Assembly (NCBI GenBank): GCA_051362555.1
Contig: CM120640.1
Location: 64,830,788 to 64,894,787 of the forward strand
Source: Lingula anatina
Taxonomy: Eukaryota; Animalia; Brachiopoda
Reading direction: 5' to 3'
Length of the DNA stretch: 64,000 nucleotides
Shown: one piece after another, positions 38,001 through 51,695 of the stretch
How positions within the stretch are numbered: position 1 is the first letter of the stretch
Layout of the letters: each line of letters opens with the position of its first letter
The notes under the pieces: model-generated
What the model was told of the DNA's origin: nothing
What the model saw: only the letters and a program-made list of their open reading frames with translations
Databases searched by the model: none
Made by a program: the position numbers and the translations under genes

Positions 38001-41000
38001 CCTATCTCTGCCAGTTTTGGAGATAAAAGGGAAGCAAAATTTGCAAAGTTCAGTTCATGGTGAAAAGTAGGTCAAAGGTCAATTTTAAGGTCACGTTTAG
38101 ATTGCCAGTATATGACTTCCTATTCAAGTTCAATAGAAACTATGGACCTATCTCTGCCAGTTTTGGAGATATAAGGGACTAAATGGTATAATATTGGAGT
38201 TACCATAGTGTGCCATAAATTTCCTACAGAAAAAAATTAATTAAAATAAAGAAAAGGTCATATGGTCAAAATTCTTGAAATGGGAGGTGCTCTGAAGTTC
38301 CAGATGTTCAAATTTGATGAAATAATGTCATTTTTGACCACAAGTTGTCTGCTTTGCCAAGCCTGCACATTTTGCTTTCACCACCAATATGTACTTTTTG
38401 ATAAAGCGTAACTCGAAAACCGTATGGAATACAAAAAAATGGAGACCACCTCCAGTGTTGGGCTTTACATGCTCTACATAATGCAAAAAAGAATGGGTGT
38501 CTAGCATTAACGGTTCCCGAATTAGAGACAGTTTTCAGTTTTGATATCTTATGGCCGCTACTCCCGTGAAAATGCACCGATTGACCCTAAATTCACGGAG
38601 ATGAAAGATGACCCGAAGGGTAACACTTTCCATTAATATTATTAGTTAAGTCTGTGTGGTGTCTGAATAAGAGCGCAAAAAATTTTTTTTTTCGGCAAAA
38701 ATTTTGTTTTTTTGAAAATTTTGGCCCGTTTGACCTTGAAATAAAGGTCAAAGGTCAAATCCAAGGGCATATTTGAAATCTACACATATGACTTTTGGAA
38801 AGCTGTCTGTAGAAAATTTTCCCATAATTCCTTCCGTAGGGGAGATAATTAGCATTTAATTTTGCCATTTTTGGACAAGGGTGCATTGCAATGAGCGCCA
38901 CACCTAGACCCCAATACCGACAAAGCCCAAATTTTACGTGGAACGAGTTGAGATTATAGGTGACCTAAATCCAAGAGATGGGTATGGAGACCCTTACCGT
39001 CTAGGAGGAGAAGCGGTAACGGTGACTTGGCGGCGGAGCCGCAGGAGCCGCAGGAGCCGGCGGAGCCGCAGGAGCCGGCGGAACATACGGGTCGGGACTA
39101 AAACCATGTGTACCGCCAGCGCCTACACTGGTGGTACAAATATTATTCTGTTTAAAGTAACCTCTAAAATTAAGTTATGAGTACATAAATGTTTTATTTT
39201 AGCCAGGTGCATTCTTTTTCTCTTCTCAGAAAGAGTCATCTTGACTGATCATCTACAAAATAATTATTGCTGTACAGTATGATAATAAAATAGTTTTAAG
39301 GTCTCAAGTATCATCTTCCCATTCATACCTAAGGACTTCATAGAGATATAGCAAATGGATGCAAAATTCTGTTGTTATAAGGATAATCATATGCAGACAC
39401 ACTTTTCAATCGCAAAACCACCCAAGCCACAAAGATTACACACGGTTTTGTTAGGGTGTCAACACCAGAAGTGGCACCAATTTTCTGACATTAAATGTAC
39501 AATGGTATCAACTCTAAAAACAAATGTCTCTAATATCAAATAGGCCAAAGTTAACCATAGCCATTTCAGCTACCCACATACCAGAAGGTACCATCACCCC
39601 CAAAAAAGTTTGACCTTAGCACTCAAGCTTTAAAGACAGACCATTACCAAAAACTTAAGAGTGGGAATACCTTTTCTCATGATCACTGGCATCCTCAATA
39701 CTGAAGCAAGAAGGCAGAATAAACAAAAGAAAAGTGTCAATTTACTAGCATCCAAATAATAACAATTAAGTGCAAGCAGATAAAAGAAAAAAATCAGAGA
39801 AGCATTTCTGGTCTCAACCATTACCACATAGTTCACAAAAAAATTCCCCTTTTTTGGAATGTATAAAGCTCATCTTATTTAAATGCCATGACATACTTTA
39901 CACATAAAATTTTATATATAAATCATCTGCTGCACAATTTTTTAAACATCAATGCCTAAATTCACCAACTTAAGAAAGTTATATATTATAAATTAAAATT
40001 TTATACCTCATCCTTAGAGGTGCAACATTCAGAATTCCATGCAAAGGGGCCATTAAACTAGTAATGCTTAATATCCAGTACAGCAAGGGGTTAACAGTAA
40101 GAAGAAAACATACCACCTAATTTTAATAATATAGTAAATTTGCATCATATATCAGTATTAGTCTCACATTAGAAAATCTACTCTATTATTATTATTCAAC
40201 ATGTCAATTTCATTTTCCATGGCATTTATCTATTTATTATTCATGACAGTAATTTGCAGACAAGATATTTAAATAAGGTAGGAAAGAAAGATGAGATAAG
40301 AGAGGGTATTGAGTTACCAGCACAGTGCACCTTGCTGAAAATTAAACCTTGCATATCACAACATTTACACCAACGACACCCTTGACAAAAAATGAATACA
40401 ACTTACAATAATTATTTGCCATAAAATCAAATACCACCAAAAAATATAAACTTACACATTAAATCCATGTAAAATGCCCATATGTCACCCATAAACCCCT
40501 TCTAAATAAAATCAATGTTTCTAGAGATTTTCCAAGCAGTTTAAAATGAAAAACAGGTATCCACACATTCAAAACACTTTCACCATCTATTTAGGATCAT
40601 GTTTAAAGAGATGTCACTAAAAACCAGATGACCACGTCACAGCCATGTTTCAATCAGGAACCACTTATAACTAGGTCAAACACATGCATACAATATTTCT
40701 TGGAACTTGTTAGATTTTGGGGCATGTTAAGAAATCAGCAACACATGCTGCCCCATATGTTTAGAAAAGACCAGGCACATGCAGGATTAGTACTTCCCAC
40801 ATGCATTAGTTTCCTCGATTATTATAAAAAAACGTGAGGGTGACCTTCAATGATGTAACTTGTACTGTACTTATCAGGGAATGTTCACAGAATGGTGCTT
40901 AAAAGTTCAAAGTCACATATTTCTGATGCTAAGCACACTGTTAACTCTGCACCATGCACTGCAACTGTACAAGTACAGGTTTACCCACTCACCACAGTTA

Positions 41001-42469
41001 ATCAATGTTCCTAATCATGCCCCATGCATATCGTAGTGTTTTCCAATTTCACAACTGTCTCTGGTGCCTTCACTTTGATAAGTAAATGAATCTTAAACCT
41101 CATAAAGCTTACTGCCACATGTAAGTATTTAGATCATTTCTGAAGTTATAGCTAAGAGATTTTAGCCATTACCCATGGCCTTGAGCTGTTTACCCATCCT
41201 TAGTGATAGCTATGTTGTTATCAGCTATGTGCTTGTTTACATTTTTAATGTCTAGAATGGGAAGAGGAACAAAATCTCCACACATAACAATGACATTGAC
41301 TGCATTACAGAGAATCAGTAGCTGTAAAAAAAAAAGGATTTTCCAACAGTGTTATATTCTGTATTTTCCTCATATTACATCAGAGACTGGCAGAGAGTTC
41401 TGCTTGATAAACCATGCTACTCAATTTTAGAATATGTTATATGTGAGATCATTTCAAAATATCTCTTTGAAAACAGATTACTGATTTTAATTGGGATTCT
41501 GCTTTAAGGCTTCGTTCACATGCAATGTCTATTTTCTAAATTCTATTTTCTATTCGCGCTATCTTATGATCACGGTCTGTGCACTGAATATCCCGCCGCG
41601 TAATTACTGGTAGCGCGAGCCAGTTACTTATAGTAACTTATAGTAACTGGCTCGCGCTGCCAGTAATTACGCGGCGGGATATTCAGTGCACAGACCGTGA
41701 TCATAAGACATACCGCGAATAGAAAATAGAATTTAGAAAATAGACATTGCATGTGAACGAAGCCTAAGACAGCTTAATAGAGATTGCTTTTTGAGGTTTT
41801 CAGATTCATCAACCTTGCAAACAGTGTGACAACCAAATGTGACGACACTCTTAGTGGACATGCAAGCTGTGTTTATCCATCCCTGTCAATAAAATATCAC
41901 CTGTTTCCATGGTATTCTCTACTTCCACTGTAGTTTGTTCCAAGTTTACTGAATGACACCAGTTTCAAATCAATTTCATTTTCTAATTGTCTGGCTTGCT
42001 TCCTAAGATCTGAAAAAAATCAATGTTATAATGAATTACAGGTGAATATATATGGCAGCTGTTTATTTTTTATCACTCATACGTACTCATAAGTGCGCAG
42101 ATTATTTTTATACAGTTATTGCCTTCAAATTATAAAGATAGCATCGTTTTCAAGACATGTAATTCTGTAACAAGAATTCCGCATAATAGGCTCGTTGACC
42201 TTTTTTAATAGAAAAAATGCATGTAAAAACAGCCGTGTCAATGATGAGACTCTTCAATGAACTTGGTGCTACAGTGTGTGGCTGTCATCTACTATTATTA
42301 CATACACTCTCTTAGGCTTTAATTGCGTGTTTTATAAAAAAAGCATTTAAAATTTCAAATTCTGTCATAGGTCTTATCTAATGTAACATTATTCACTAAG
42401 ATGTAAATGTGACAAAAATTGTGAACCTCCAACGTGTCTTTTACCTTCCCACCGATTCCCATCTGCCAT
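32079..42469 (-). CDS. GOSR1: Golgi SNAP receptor complex member 1 (GS28), about 240 aa
   Basis: Exons 42469-42445, 42009-41901, 37045-36961, 36696-36497, 36129-36064, 35611-35582, 32565-32483, 32203-32079 (723 nt). WEDLRKQARQLENEIDLKLVSFSKL, HTLQRHRDILQDYSHEF, NRFPVINSLIQKVNLRKRRDAIILGFVIGICVVLLLIYAFH*. Confidence 0.97.
32204..32482 (-). other. U12-type (minor spliceosome) GT-AG intron, last intron of GOSR1
   Basis: 5' splice site GTATCCTTTG; branch site TCCTTAAC (32221-32214) 10 nt before the 3' end; no polypyrimidine tract. Confidence 0.92.
32671..35311. mobile_element. About 2.6-kb non-autonomous DNA transposon / foldback element in GOSR1 intron 6
   Basis: TIRs longer than 300 bp (gtccggtggcttaagg...aaaagcaccaaattttgcatgtgggtacc versus its reverse complement ending ccggac), TA on both flanks, internal degenerate subrepeats with aaaatccaagatggc in mirror orientation; no transposase ORF. 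Confidence 0.88.
37127..39140 (-). mobile_element. Helitron/Helentron-like non-autonomous element in GOSR1 intron 2
   Basis: One end has CTAG next to hairpin gaggcg-atac-cgcctc; the other has a cggagccgcagg-type minisatellite (about 39030-39080) and hairpin gtaccgccag...ctggtggtac; central tandem array. Confidence 0.65.
37330..38175. repeat. Tandem array of about six 146-bp units
   Basis: The ggtcaaaggtcaatt anchor (or a close variant) recurs at 37348, 37486, 37632, 37778, 37924 and 38070. Confidence 0.93.
41508..41764. mobile_element. Almost fully palindromic 257-bp MITE (PIF/Harbinger-Tourist-like)
   Basis: Ends ggcttcgttcacatgcaatg and cattgcatgtgaacgaagcc; arms complementary nearly to the centre; TAA target-site duplication on both sides. 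Confidence 0.9.
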
Positions 42470-42709
42470 TTTGGAATTTACGTCAACACAGGAAGTGTTG
42501 AAAATTACGACACTGTCAATCGATCATTTTTGGCCGTAGACTTATTTTTCGTATCATGTTATTAGAAGTAGTCGGAATAAATATATTATATTTCCGTGTA
42601 ATCGATATTTGTGCTGATGTCAAACCGTATTTGAAAAAATTAAAGACGGAATGATATATCAGTCACATGATTGATCACATGACTTCGAAGCGGTTTGTTT
42701 AAATTCAAA
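42470..42709. promoter_or_regulatory. Bidirectional promoter between GOSR1 and the PIMREG-like gene
   Basis: Divergent ATGs 240 bp apart; local CpG enrichment; ETS-like CAGGAAGTG; tandem TCACATGA E-boxes (42663-42682); TTTGAA/TTCAAA CHR-like hexamers; AAAATGGC at both starts. Confidence 0.7.
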
Positions 42710-43791
42710 ATGGCTACATTCAGCAGAAGGAGCAGGAGCGTGATCGGACTGTCGTTCAGAAGAAGAGGCTATAATTCGATGAAGGAGAAGGAAAATGAAT
42801 GCTTATGTGTGTGTAACGAAGAAGCTATAAGTGAAAAGGGTGACTGGTTTCCTGTAAAGCGACGCCTTTCCCTCAGAGGTAAAAAATACCAGCTACAAAT
42901 GACGTCGTCCCCACCCATTTGCGAACACATGTCCGATGATGACGCTAGTGGCGAGAAACAAAAAGAAAAGAAGATAACTTTTGAAACTGTTGGCAAGGCC
43001 ATGACAAGACTGCGACAGGTAATACATCACTTGTTGTGGTAATGAGTTAACTACGATAATTGTGTTGTTTTGTACGTGTACACTGTATCTGGTACGAGTT
43101 GATCATTTGTTTCAGTCCTAGTTCTACTGCAGTTTATAGTTACTAATAGTACGCCATATGTGAACGGTTTTGCATTCCATGCATTCCACGCTGCGCTGCG
43201 GGTGCCACATAGGGATGATATTACATTGGCAGAGACATATTGTAAAGATTAAAATGTTTTCATGACAGTATTATACCTGTCATTGATAAATGTACAGTAC
43301 CAGGATGAGTTCAGAAGTCATCAGGCACTTGTCATTGTTTCCAGTGTTGGATGTTTTGGAGTTGTCCAGTACGTTTGATTTGACTCATTTTGATTTTATC
43401 TTCAGAGACTGAGAAGGAAAATTAACAGAAGAAGGCTTGAGAACCTGGACACGCCCAACAAAACCCCAGGTAGTTTGCGGAAAAGTGCTCGTCTTGCTGC
43501 CAGAACCCCTGACCTCAAACTGTACAGTCCATTTGGCATTGAGACTCCTGGCAGGTCACCCCTCAGACTGAATCAACACCAACCGAAAAGGTACCAGATA
43601 ATATAGAAAGTTATGCAAAATACATTTTCATGAATTCATCTAAATACTAATGAATAGTAATGATATATATAACGCTGTGGAAAAAATGGTTGAAACATCA
43701 TTTTAAATAAACACCTCCTGATGATCGGTCATGCCCTATGGGTATGTCCGTGAAACTCAGAGTTGGGATTCACACATGTTTCTTGTTTATT

Positions 43792-43851
<60 letters not shown>

Positions 43852-45037
43852 GATCAGAATTGACTGTAATATATATTTTAAAGTGTTATTTTGCACCAAC
43901 TTTTCAGGTTCAATTTTAGCAGCCCAAACTCTTTTCAAAGAGATCTTGACAGTGTGGCAAGTGGAATAAGATCTCTGAAGCACAATTCCAACAGTTTTTC
44001 CAGTGTTATTCAGAAAGAAAACAGGTATGAAGCTATTGCCCACTTTATCACAAGATGCATATTTATTATTAGGATTTACCCCAACTTACAAACATTTAGA
44101 AATAGAGTTATAAGCTATCAAAGATTAAAACAATATTATGTAACTTGCATCACATCTTCACTACAAGTCAATATTCCAGACATGAGGTCTAAGTTTCAGA
44201 TCAGACATGGGCCAGCTTTTTCATTTTCAAATGTCCATATATGTCATGTCTGATCTTTGGTGGCATTTGATTGAAGTTTACCACACCAGTCACTAATGTG
44301 GGTAGGGTATGTGAACTACATCACATACTAAAACTTTAAATCTAGATAACTGGGGTGCATTTGTGCCTTGAACAGTAAACTTCAAACTTGCTGCTGTCAG
44401 CCAGGGATGGATAAATGTGCACATATGGAGGATCGAAATGAAGGAGCTGGTGTGCTCATTGTAGCTGAAGCTCGCTCAGTGTACAGGTGTCACATTTTCA
44501 AGATAACACTAAAAACTTAATTATAAAATTTAGTAAAACTTATAAACTCTGGTTTTTGCATAACATTTTATAGGAGGGCTTGAAAAGCTACAGTAATACC
44601 TATAAATACTATTGTACACGTTGCAAGCTGTAGCATTAGTCTGTCCACAGTTTGGGATCATTCTGCAGAATGTTCTTAAACTTACATGGTTACAGTGAAA
44701 AAATTGGTGCAGGCTGCCTAGTGCTCTTGTAGGCTTATTCTCCTCTTGTTATTGTTATTATTATTATTATGAACAAAATGATTCCTATTTATTATTTTAG
44801 TAATTTATACAAGAAGCTGGTTACTTTCCACCTACTGTGTAATTTTGTAGACCCCATCCCACACACCCATGCTTGCTTATACCTGCTTCTGCTTGCTATG
44901 TGAAGTGTTGGCATCTCACCATTTCAGTTCTCCTTCCCAGAGTCTTGGAAGAAGAGAAGTACAAGAGAATGGAGAGACGGAAGTATCATCTCAGGCCAAG
45001 AATTGAGTTGGGCTCAAGAGAAACACTGATTTATTGA
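42710..45037 (+). CDS. PIMREG/FAM64A (RCS1)-like mitotic regulator, about 235 aa
   Basis: Exons 42710-43018, 43406-43590, 43908-44024, 44941-45037 (708 nt, phases 0,2,2). Blocks VKRRLSLR, LRKSARLAA...LYSPF and SPNSFQRDLDSVASGIRSLKHNSNSFSSVIQKE resemble, from memory, vertebrate PIMREG (QRRLPLR; LRRSRREAAFRSPY; DLEPVGAGIQHLQKLS). KEN and RxxL motifs, several S/TP sites. Confidence 0.72.
43794..43847. repeat. (TG)n microsatellite
   Basis: Direct reading. Confidence 0.95.
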
Positions 45038-48000
45038 AGACGGGGACCATTTTTGATGACCAACATGTTGCACAATTTGGTTAGACATTCTATTTAAGTT
45101 ACGGTTGCAGGTCTTGTGCAGGGGATATCACATGCAGATGTACGTACTTGACTGCAAAACAATCCACAAGTGTTGACTGGTTAATTACCACAATAAAAAA
45201 AAAAATGAAAAAATGATAAAGAAAAAAATGAAAAATTAACATAAAAGGTTGGCAAATATAGATTTTTGAAATATCTGTCAATCTTGTTGAAGCCTTCTAA
45301 CAGAATTGAAATGAAGATGAAAATGTATTGAATGTAGCACTGACAACAAAATTAGTGTATACATGGTCATTTTAACATTTAAGCTATGCTTTTTGATAGC
45401 ATGGCTTACCAAAGTAGGATTAAGTTATTTTTGTCTTGCCTGCTCAAGTATAATTTAGACATATCTGTATATGTTAGATGCTATATAATCCTAAAATTGT
45501 ACGTAGTTTGTGTACAATGATATATTTTATACTAAACATTTTACATTGTAGTTTATCAGTTTTTCTGTTAAGATATAAGGTTGATACATAAACTGTTTAT
45601 TTTAACAAAATGTAATCATGTCTGTTAAAGAAGAAAAAAGATGGTTGTACAATATATGTGTGAAGTATGTAAGAGTTCAAGTGGCATGTATTAGAGTGGT
45701 AGGTAATGTCTTCCAAGAGTGCCAAATGTTATACCATGTACAGTAAAGTCCCAGAACCAGTTGTATTTATAAATTAACCACTTTGACCTTATTATAATCG
45801 ATATGTGCTTTTTTCTGCATCATCATAACTTTTGTACTAACATTTAATATTACCCGAATAATTGTATAATGCTTATGTTAATTCTATTATGACTTTTGCA
45901 TACAAATAATCCACCCATTGTGTGCTTTTATTATTATTATTTTTTATATTATTGTAGTATTAGCATAACAAATGCCACATTTATTCTTAACATGTAATTA
46001 GGTTTAAGTGTTTGCTTGCTTATTGCATGATGGTTTTGTTTGCTTGTGTTGAAGGTTTCAGTGGTGCTGTTTTTTCTTTTTCTTTTTTAGTTGCATTGCT
46101 CAATAATTAGGTCAGTACCATCAGTCTGTGTTAAGTTGCAAGTTTTGTCTTTTTGTTTCAAATTTCTGTTGGTACATACATACGTACATAAAGAGAGACA
46201 GGTATTTTTATTTTTTTCAAACTTGCCAGTGCTTATCAGATACACTATGTATGCATCATTCAGTTGACATCAATAATGCAGCTTACACTGAGGTATTATT
46301 TTGCACAATGTACTTATTAAGAAGTTGGTGTAGAGTCATTACAATTTGTTCCATAGCTCATATAAAAGGATAAGTCAAAAGGATGACACATGCATGAAAA
46401 TGGAATCTTATTTAGGCACAATTCAGGAGAGATTTTGAGGATAAATCTACTTTGTGCAATGCAAAAAGTTCACATTTTGGATTCAATTTTTTAATGTGCA
46501 CAACAGGATTCTCACATGGGCTACTAGACTATGACTCGCGAGTAATGTTTGCATGGGTGCTATTTGGTATTTTAAAATTTGATACTGTCAATAGAGTTAA
46601 ATCTAATGGAAAGTATTATACAAAACCTGCTGCAGAATTTGTACAAGTGGAACTTGCCGTGTTGTCATGATTGCTGTAAGAATTAAACTTGAAACATGAA
46701 ATGTGTTATTATTATTTACCTTTATTTCCTTTCTGTTACTGACAATTATACTTTCCCCTGTAAATGCAGCATGTTGCTGTTAGAAAAAAATATCTATCAA
46801 GATGAATTATTTTGTTAATGTAAGACAAATTTCTGGCATAATTTTACTACTCTCATTACATAAATCCAGTTTTACACGGAAAAAAATTGGTGAAGAGAAC
46901 AACATACAATTTAGAATGAATTTCTACTTTCTCAACTATCATCCACTCTAAAGTAAGAAAGGTGAAAACTGATTGCACTTACAAGATCCTTCCTGAAATA
47001 TCTTTTTATAGAATTGTCTTTAAACAGACACATATGTATCAACTACACCACTGCCTTTAGTAACACATTTTCAATCCTGGTTCTCAGAGGTGATTGAGAT
47101 TTGATTGTAAAATAAAAGTCAATTTTGGAAGTGTCAAGGACTTGCTAAACGTAATTTAAGGAAACTGTGCTGCACTTATCCTGGACCATAAGACTGATAC
47201 AAAAGTATCATCATTCACACAAGATAAGCTTTCCCAGTAAATAATAATTCTACTTTCTACATTTTCACACATAATGACGAAAAATACAACATTTCATTAG
47301 CAAAATTGCAACAGGTTGACTAAATCCCTGCTCACATCCAGTGGTACCTTTAACTTGGCTAGTCCACTCAGAGAAAACTTAGTCTGGCTATTACTTAAGA
47401 GAGTCACCAAAACTGAGGTCCCGCACTAGCTGCAGTTGTACAATGAACTTGGAAGTTATACCTAACCAATATGACAATGCCCTGGAGTCACATTTTCTTT
47501 GGACAGATTTCCCAATTCAGACCTCACAAACGATAAAAACACTTCAATAATTACCTGACATGGATATCTTTTTCTGAAACTTACAAGAAGACATGGTCTC
47601 ATTAAAATAGCATAAAACATCATCCATGTGCAGGTAGAGACCAAGGAATTACTCATGAGTAGAAGAAAATTATTTTCTCAAAGAATATACTGTTTGGTGA
47701 AAATATCCCTGATAGGATACCTTTAATCAGCAGCAAGCAAGAAATGAGTAGGAAAAAATGGCATTTTTGTTAAGTAAATTTGATTTGGCACAAAACTTGA
47801 ATTCTTTCAACTAAACAGGAAGCAAAGTTGCGAAAGATCGTAAAAAACCCTGTACAGTTGAGTAATTACATGTTAGGAACTCCCAAAATGGACCAGTTTA
47901 GTTAAATGTACTCCTTGATGTGCAAAGAGCCCTACTGCCTAGACAACATAAAAATGACCAATAAAACGCTAGTAAACATTTATATATGTCTGACCACGAC

Positions 48001-48269
48001 ATTATCATGATTTGAATCTCATCCTGCCATTTTACATTTGAATCCATTTAATTCCAAAGCACAGGTGCACTACCACGGAGTATAATTTTTTAATTATTCA
48101 GCAGAATGTGCGTTTGCAGTCCTCAACTCACTGAACATCTGCTTTACAGAATCAAAATGATGGCCTCCTACCCAAAGTTGCACCCAAATGAGATGAAAAA
48201 CCTCCTGTGGGAATGCTATCTGCCACAAAATCAATCTACAATGTCTATTTAACTAGAGAACTGTGTTGA

Positions 48270-50852
48270 TCAACTGTTGGCATTTGTGCTGGAGTCATCA
48301 AAGGTTGATCCCTCTGGATGGAATTTTTTCACTGCACTTTCTTCATTGGTTTCTCTCTCAAGGACAGGTGGATCTGGATCTAAAATACAGAAGTCACATT
48401 TCTAGTACCTCTCCATTTCTTCTAAAGGAGGACTTAAATTCATATCACATCAAAGGACATTTATGTAACTGAAATGAACCAATGTCAAACTCACTGCATG
48501 AATTGAACAACAGCACGGGAAATGTTTGTTCTATTTGCATTTCTGTAATGTAAAGAATGTCATGATCAGATCATGATCAGAATATTGCATCCTTCACTAC
48601 AAGCCACACATTACAGCTTCTGGTCTTCAACACTTACATGAGCTTTGGGCATCTTCTGTGAAGTTAGTAAAGGAAGGCTTGCTTTGGGAGTCATCTAGAC
48701 TAGCACCTGAAGTATAAACCCCAAGTTTTTATGAATATGTTCATGATAATTTGAGCATGCTTTTAATCTACTTTTCTTTCTTGTTTTTATTTTCTTTTTG
48801 TTGATATTTTTGAATTTTGTTAATGTTATACATGTAGTTGAGTGTTTCATTCAACAGAATACTCTAACAGTGTTTATTTTATTCTGGCAAAAACAATCCA
48901 AAGTCTTCAGGAGGAATTCTGTTACAAATATACAATTTGACTGCAACAACACTTATGCAATGTCCATTTAAAAACAAAAAGCACATATAAAGTTCCAATT
49001 TAAACATTATCTTAGTAACACAAATAAACTGACACCTACCAAGCTGCAAGGAGTCTCCATCCATGCTGTCTTGGTTCGACTCTTCTAGCATTGCAGAGTT
49101 GGGATAAGAGAGATTAGAGTCCTCATTGTTCAGGCTGGGCCCTTCACTGTGGTTGGAATCCTGAGACTGTCGGCTGTTCTCCTCTGTATACACAGCTATC
49201 AAAAACAAAGAGAAACAACATGTCAGCTACATTTATGTAACTTCAGTGCACACCTGTTCCATAGGTACAAAGCTTTTAATACCTGTGCAGTATAATTATT
49301 TCTGTATATTGTAGAAAGTGACTGACAAAACAAACTTGCAGAAAAACTGCTGGAAAACCATGTACAGTATCTACATTACTAGTCCAAAATACAGGAAACA
49401 CATTCAACACAATCTTTTTACAATTACTACTTTTATATATCACAATATCAATATGATTACTGTGAAAACTGTATGTGTAGGGATCAATTAGTGGTTATTG
49501 CAGACAAATGCACTAGCAAAACCAGGCATCACCTTGGTTGTTGTATAATTCACAAGTAATTCAAAATAACTGCTTTATAACATTATAGTAGTGAGTCAGG
49601 AAATTTGCCATGCTGTCAACTCTGAACCTTCCACACACCTTGACTTGTACTGTCTTGACTCAAGCCAAGGTCAGTTTCTGGAACAGATAATTTTGTCTTG
49701 TCCTTCTCTTTAGCAGACAGCTTTCTTCTTTTAGCACCAGGCTGGTACAAAATAAAGAGAAAACCCTTGTCAGTGCAAACACACTGTCTTCAAAAGATCT
49801 TCACAATGTATCCACTTCGTGTTTAGGATAGATCACTATTCAAATCTCTAAGTCAAATTTCATTAGAGACTTCCAACATCTGACAACATGATACCTAAGT
49901 AGATAAAAATTAAAAATTAATATTACGTTCTTGAAAGACTGAGTTTTGTTCTAGCCAGAAATTTAAGTGATCCTACATACCTGACCATTTTCTCCAGAAG
50001 ACAAAACTAAAAACAAAATAAGAATAACTTAAACCATATGAATAACGATCATTAACATGACTGTGTAAATATTACTACAATCCTTAATGTTTAAATTAAA
50101 GAAAGAATATTTTAAATAAATTTATAATTGTTACAAAATTCAATATCCTGGGCCCATGCCTAAATAATAATTACACCCTCTTTCATGCACATTTGCACTG
50201 TCATAATTCATATTGCATTATGACTTTTTGTTTCAAAATAGGTTTTTACTATCACTAAATCATAAGTAAATATTACACTACTTTTTTATTATTTATTTAT
50301 TTATTTATTTATTAGAGTACATCTAGTACGGACAGTAGTGGTGAGGGTGTAGAGAGCCTCAGAATGTATCACGTAAGTCATAACTTATGCTCAAATAAGT
50401 AACATTTATATTACCATAGTTAATCATCATTATTATTATTATGTCAGATTTCATCTTACCTGGTACCCATTTGAAGATCTTCATGGTTGTGTCTCCAATT
50501 GTCACCCATTTCTTCTCCCTAGGAAAATGCATATAAAAGATGAATAAACAAATGGACTGTATATTAAATTAGCTTGTTGGTAAATCTGAATATTGTGGAA
50601 ATGAGAAAGACGGATGGAACCCTTGGACCGATAGCTGTTTTGTCTTAGTAAAAAAACACATCGTTTTGGCACGAATGAAGTTTAGGCAAACTTTCGGAAA
50701 CAAGCGACCCAGTGACACTGACAGAGTGAAAAAGTAAAATGAGCATACACTAAATCTTACCATGATCTCACGTGATCTATAGCATTTATCACCCTCTTAA
50801 TATCTTCCTTAGCCCGACTGCGGGTTTCCGCACGGATCGAGCGTGACAGCAT
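48270..50852 (-). CDS. BCL7: BCL7 family protein (BAF/SWI-SNF subunit), about 204 aa
   Basis: Exons 50852-50761 ([31 protein letters not shown]), 50518-50460 ([19 protein letters not shown]), 26-nt exon 50006-49981, 49741-49639, 49195-49040, 48706-48638, 48379-48270. Phases consistent; last exon less certain. Confidence 0.92.
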
Positions 50853-51642
50853 TGCATATATACTTGAACAAAACGTCTGCTCAGATGAATCAATGTTAGG
50901 AAGGTAAAATAAATTAACACAAAGGCAAAGTCAGTCGTCTGTGGGTACTGAAGACTAACAGAAAGCGGTTCGATGCACGGCTTGCTCAATAGGTGGCAGC
51001 ACGCAAAGAGCAATTATCCAGTTTGAGGACAGTATTTCATGCCCCAGGAATATTGAAACACCTGGCTACTTAATTATTGTGACAGTTACAGTGTAACTCT
51101 GCTTTTGTGCATAATCCAAATGTTTCTATCAGCCCAATTGTTCAATATTTTGTTATGGGAACATTTTGATAGGGTTAAGATCATCTATATACCAAAAAGT
51201 GGTCTGAAATGTTTTTTTCTTTAATTAACTAATGATTAATAAAAAAAGATTACTCCAATTACAAGGCCACATCAGTGACATTTTATTATTTTGTGAGTTT
51301 AGTCCTGCACCTTGAATTCAGTTTGAGGCCTTAACAAGTACTTGGAATTGCTATATCCTTTAAAGGGCTTGTATTCTATCATTTTTGTCCTTGAAAAGTA
51401 CTTGATTTTATCACCTAGAAAACCTGTAAAAATCATATCTTGTAGTTTTAAACCTGAATATAAACAGTATTTGCAGAAGGGGGGAATACCCTTTTTGGAC
51501 ATTGTTCTTTTCATGTACATCATCAATGTGCAAAGTTAGTATAAAATAGTACTCATCTTTATTTTTGGTATGTGCACTTATAAATGAAATTGCCTTGCCC
51601 TCCTTAACATTCAAAATTCTTTCCTTGAAATGACAACTTGAC

Positions 51643-51692
<50 letters not shown>
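51643..51692. repeat. About 50-nt poly(A) run (poly-U in the PP1 sense, probably within the 3' UTR)
   Basis: Direct reading. Confidence 0.9.

Positions 51693-51695
<3 letters not shown>

Noticed and set aside
44350-44490. SINE-like fragment in PIMREG-like intron 3
   Set aside because: Too degraded; no clear A/B boxes or TSD.
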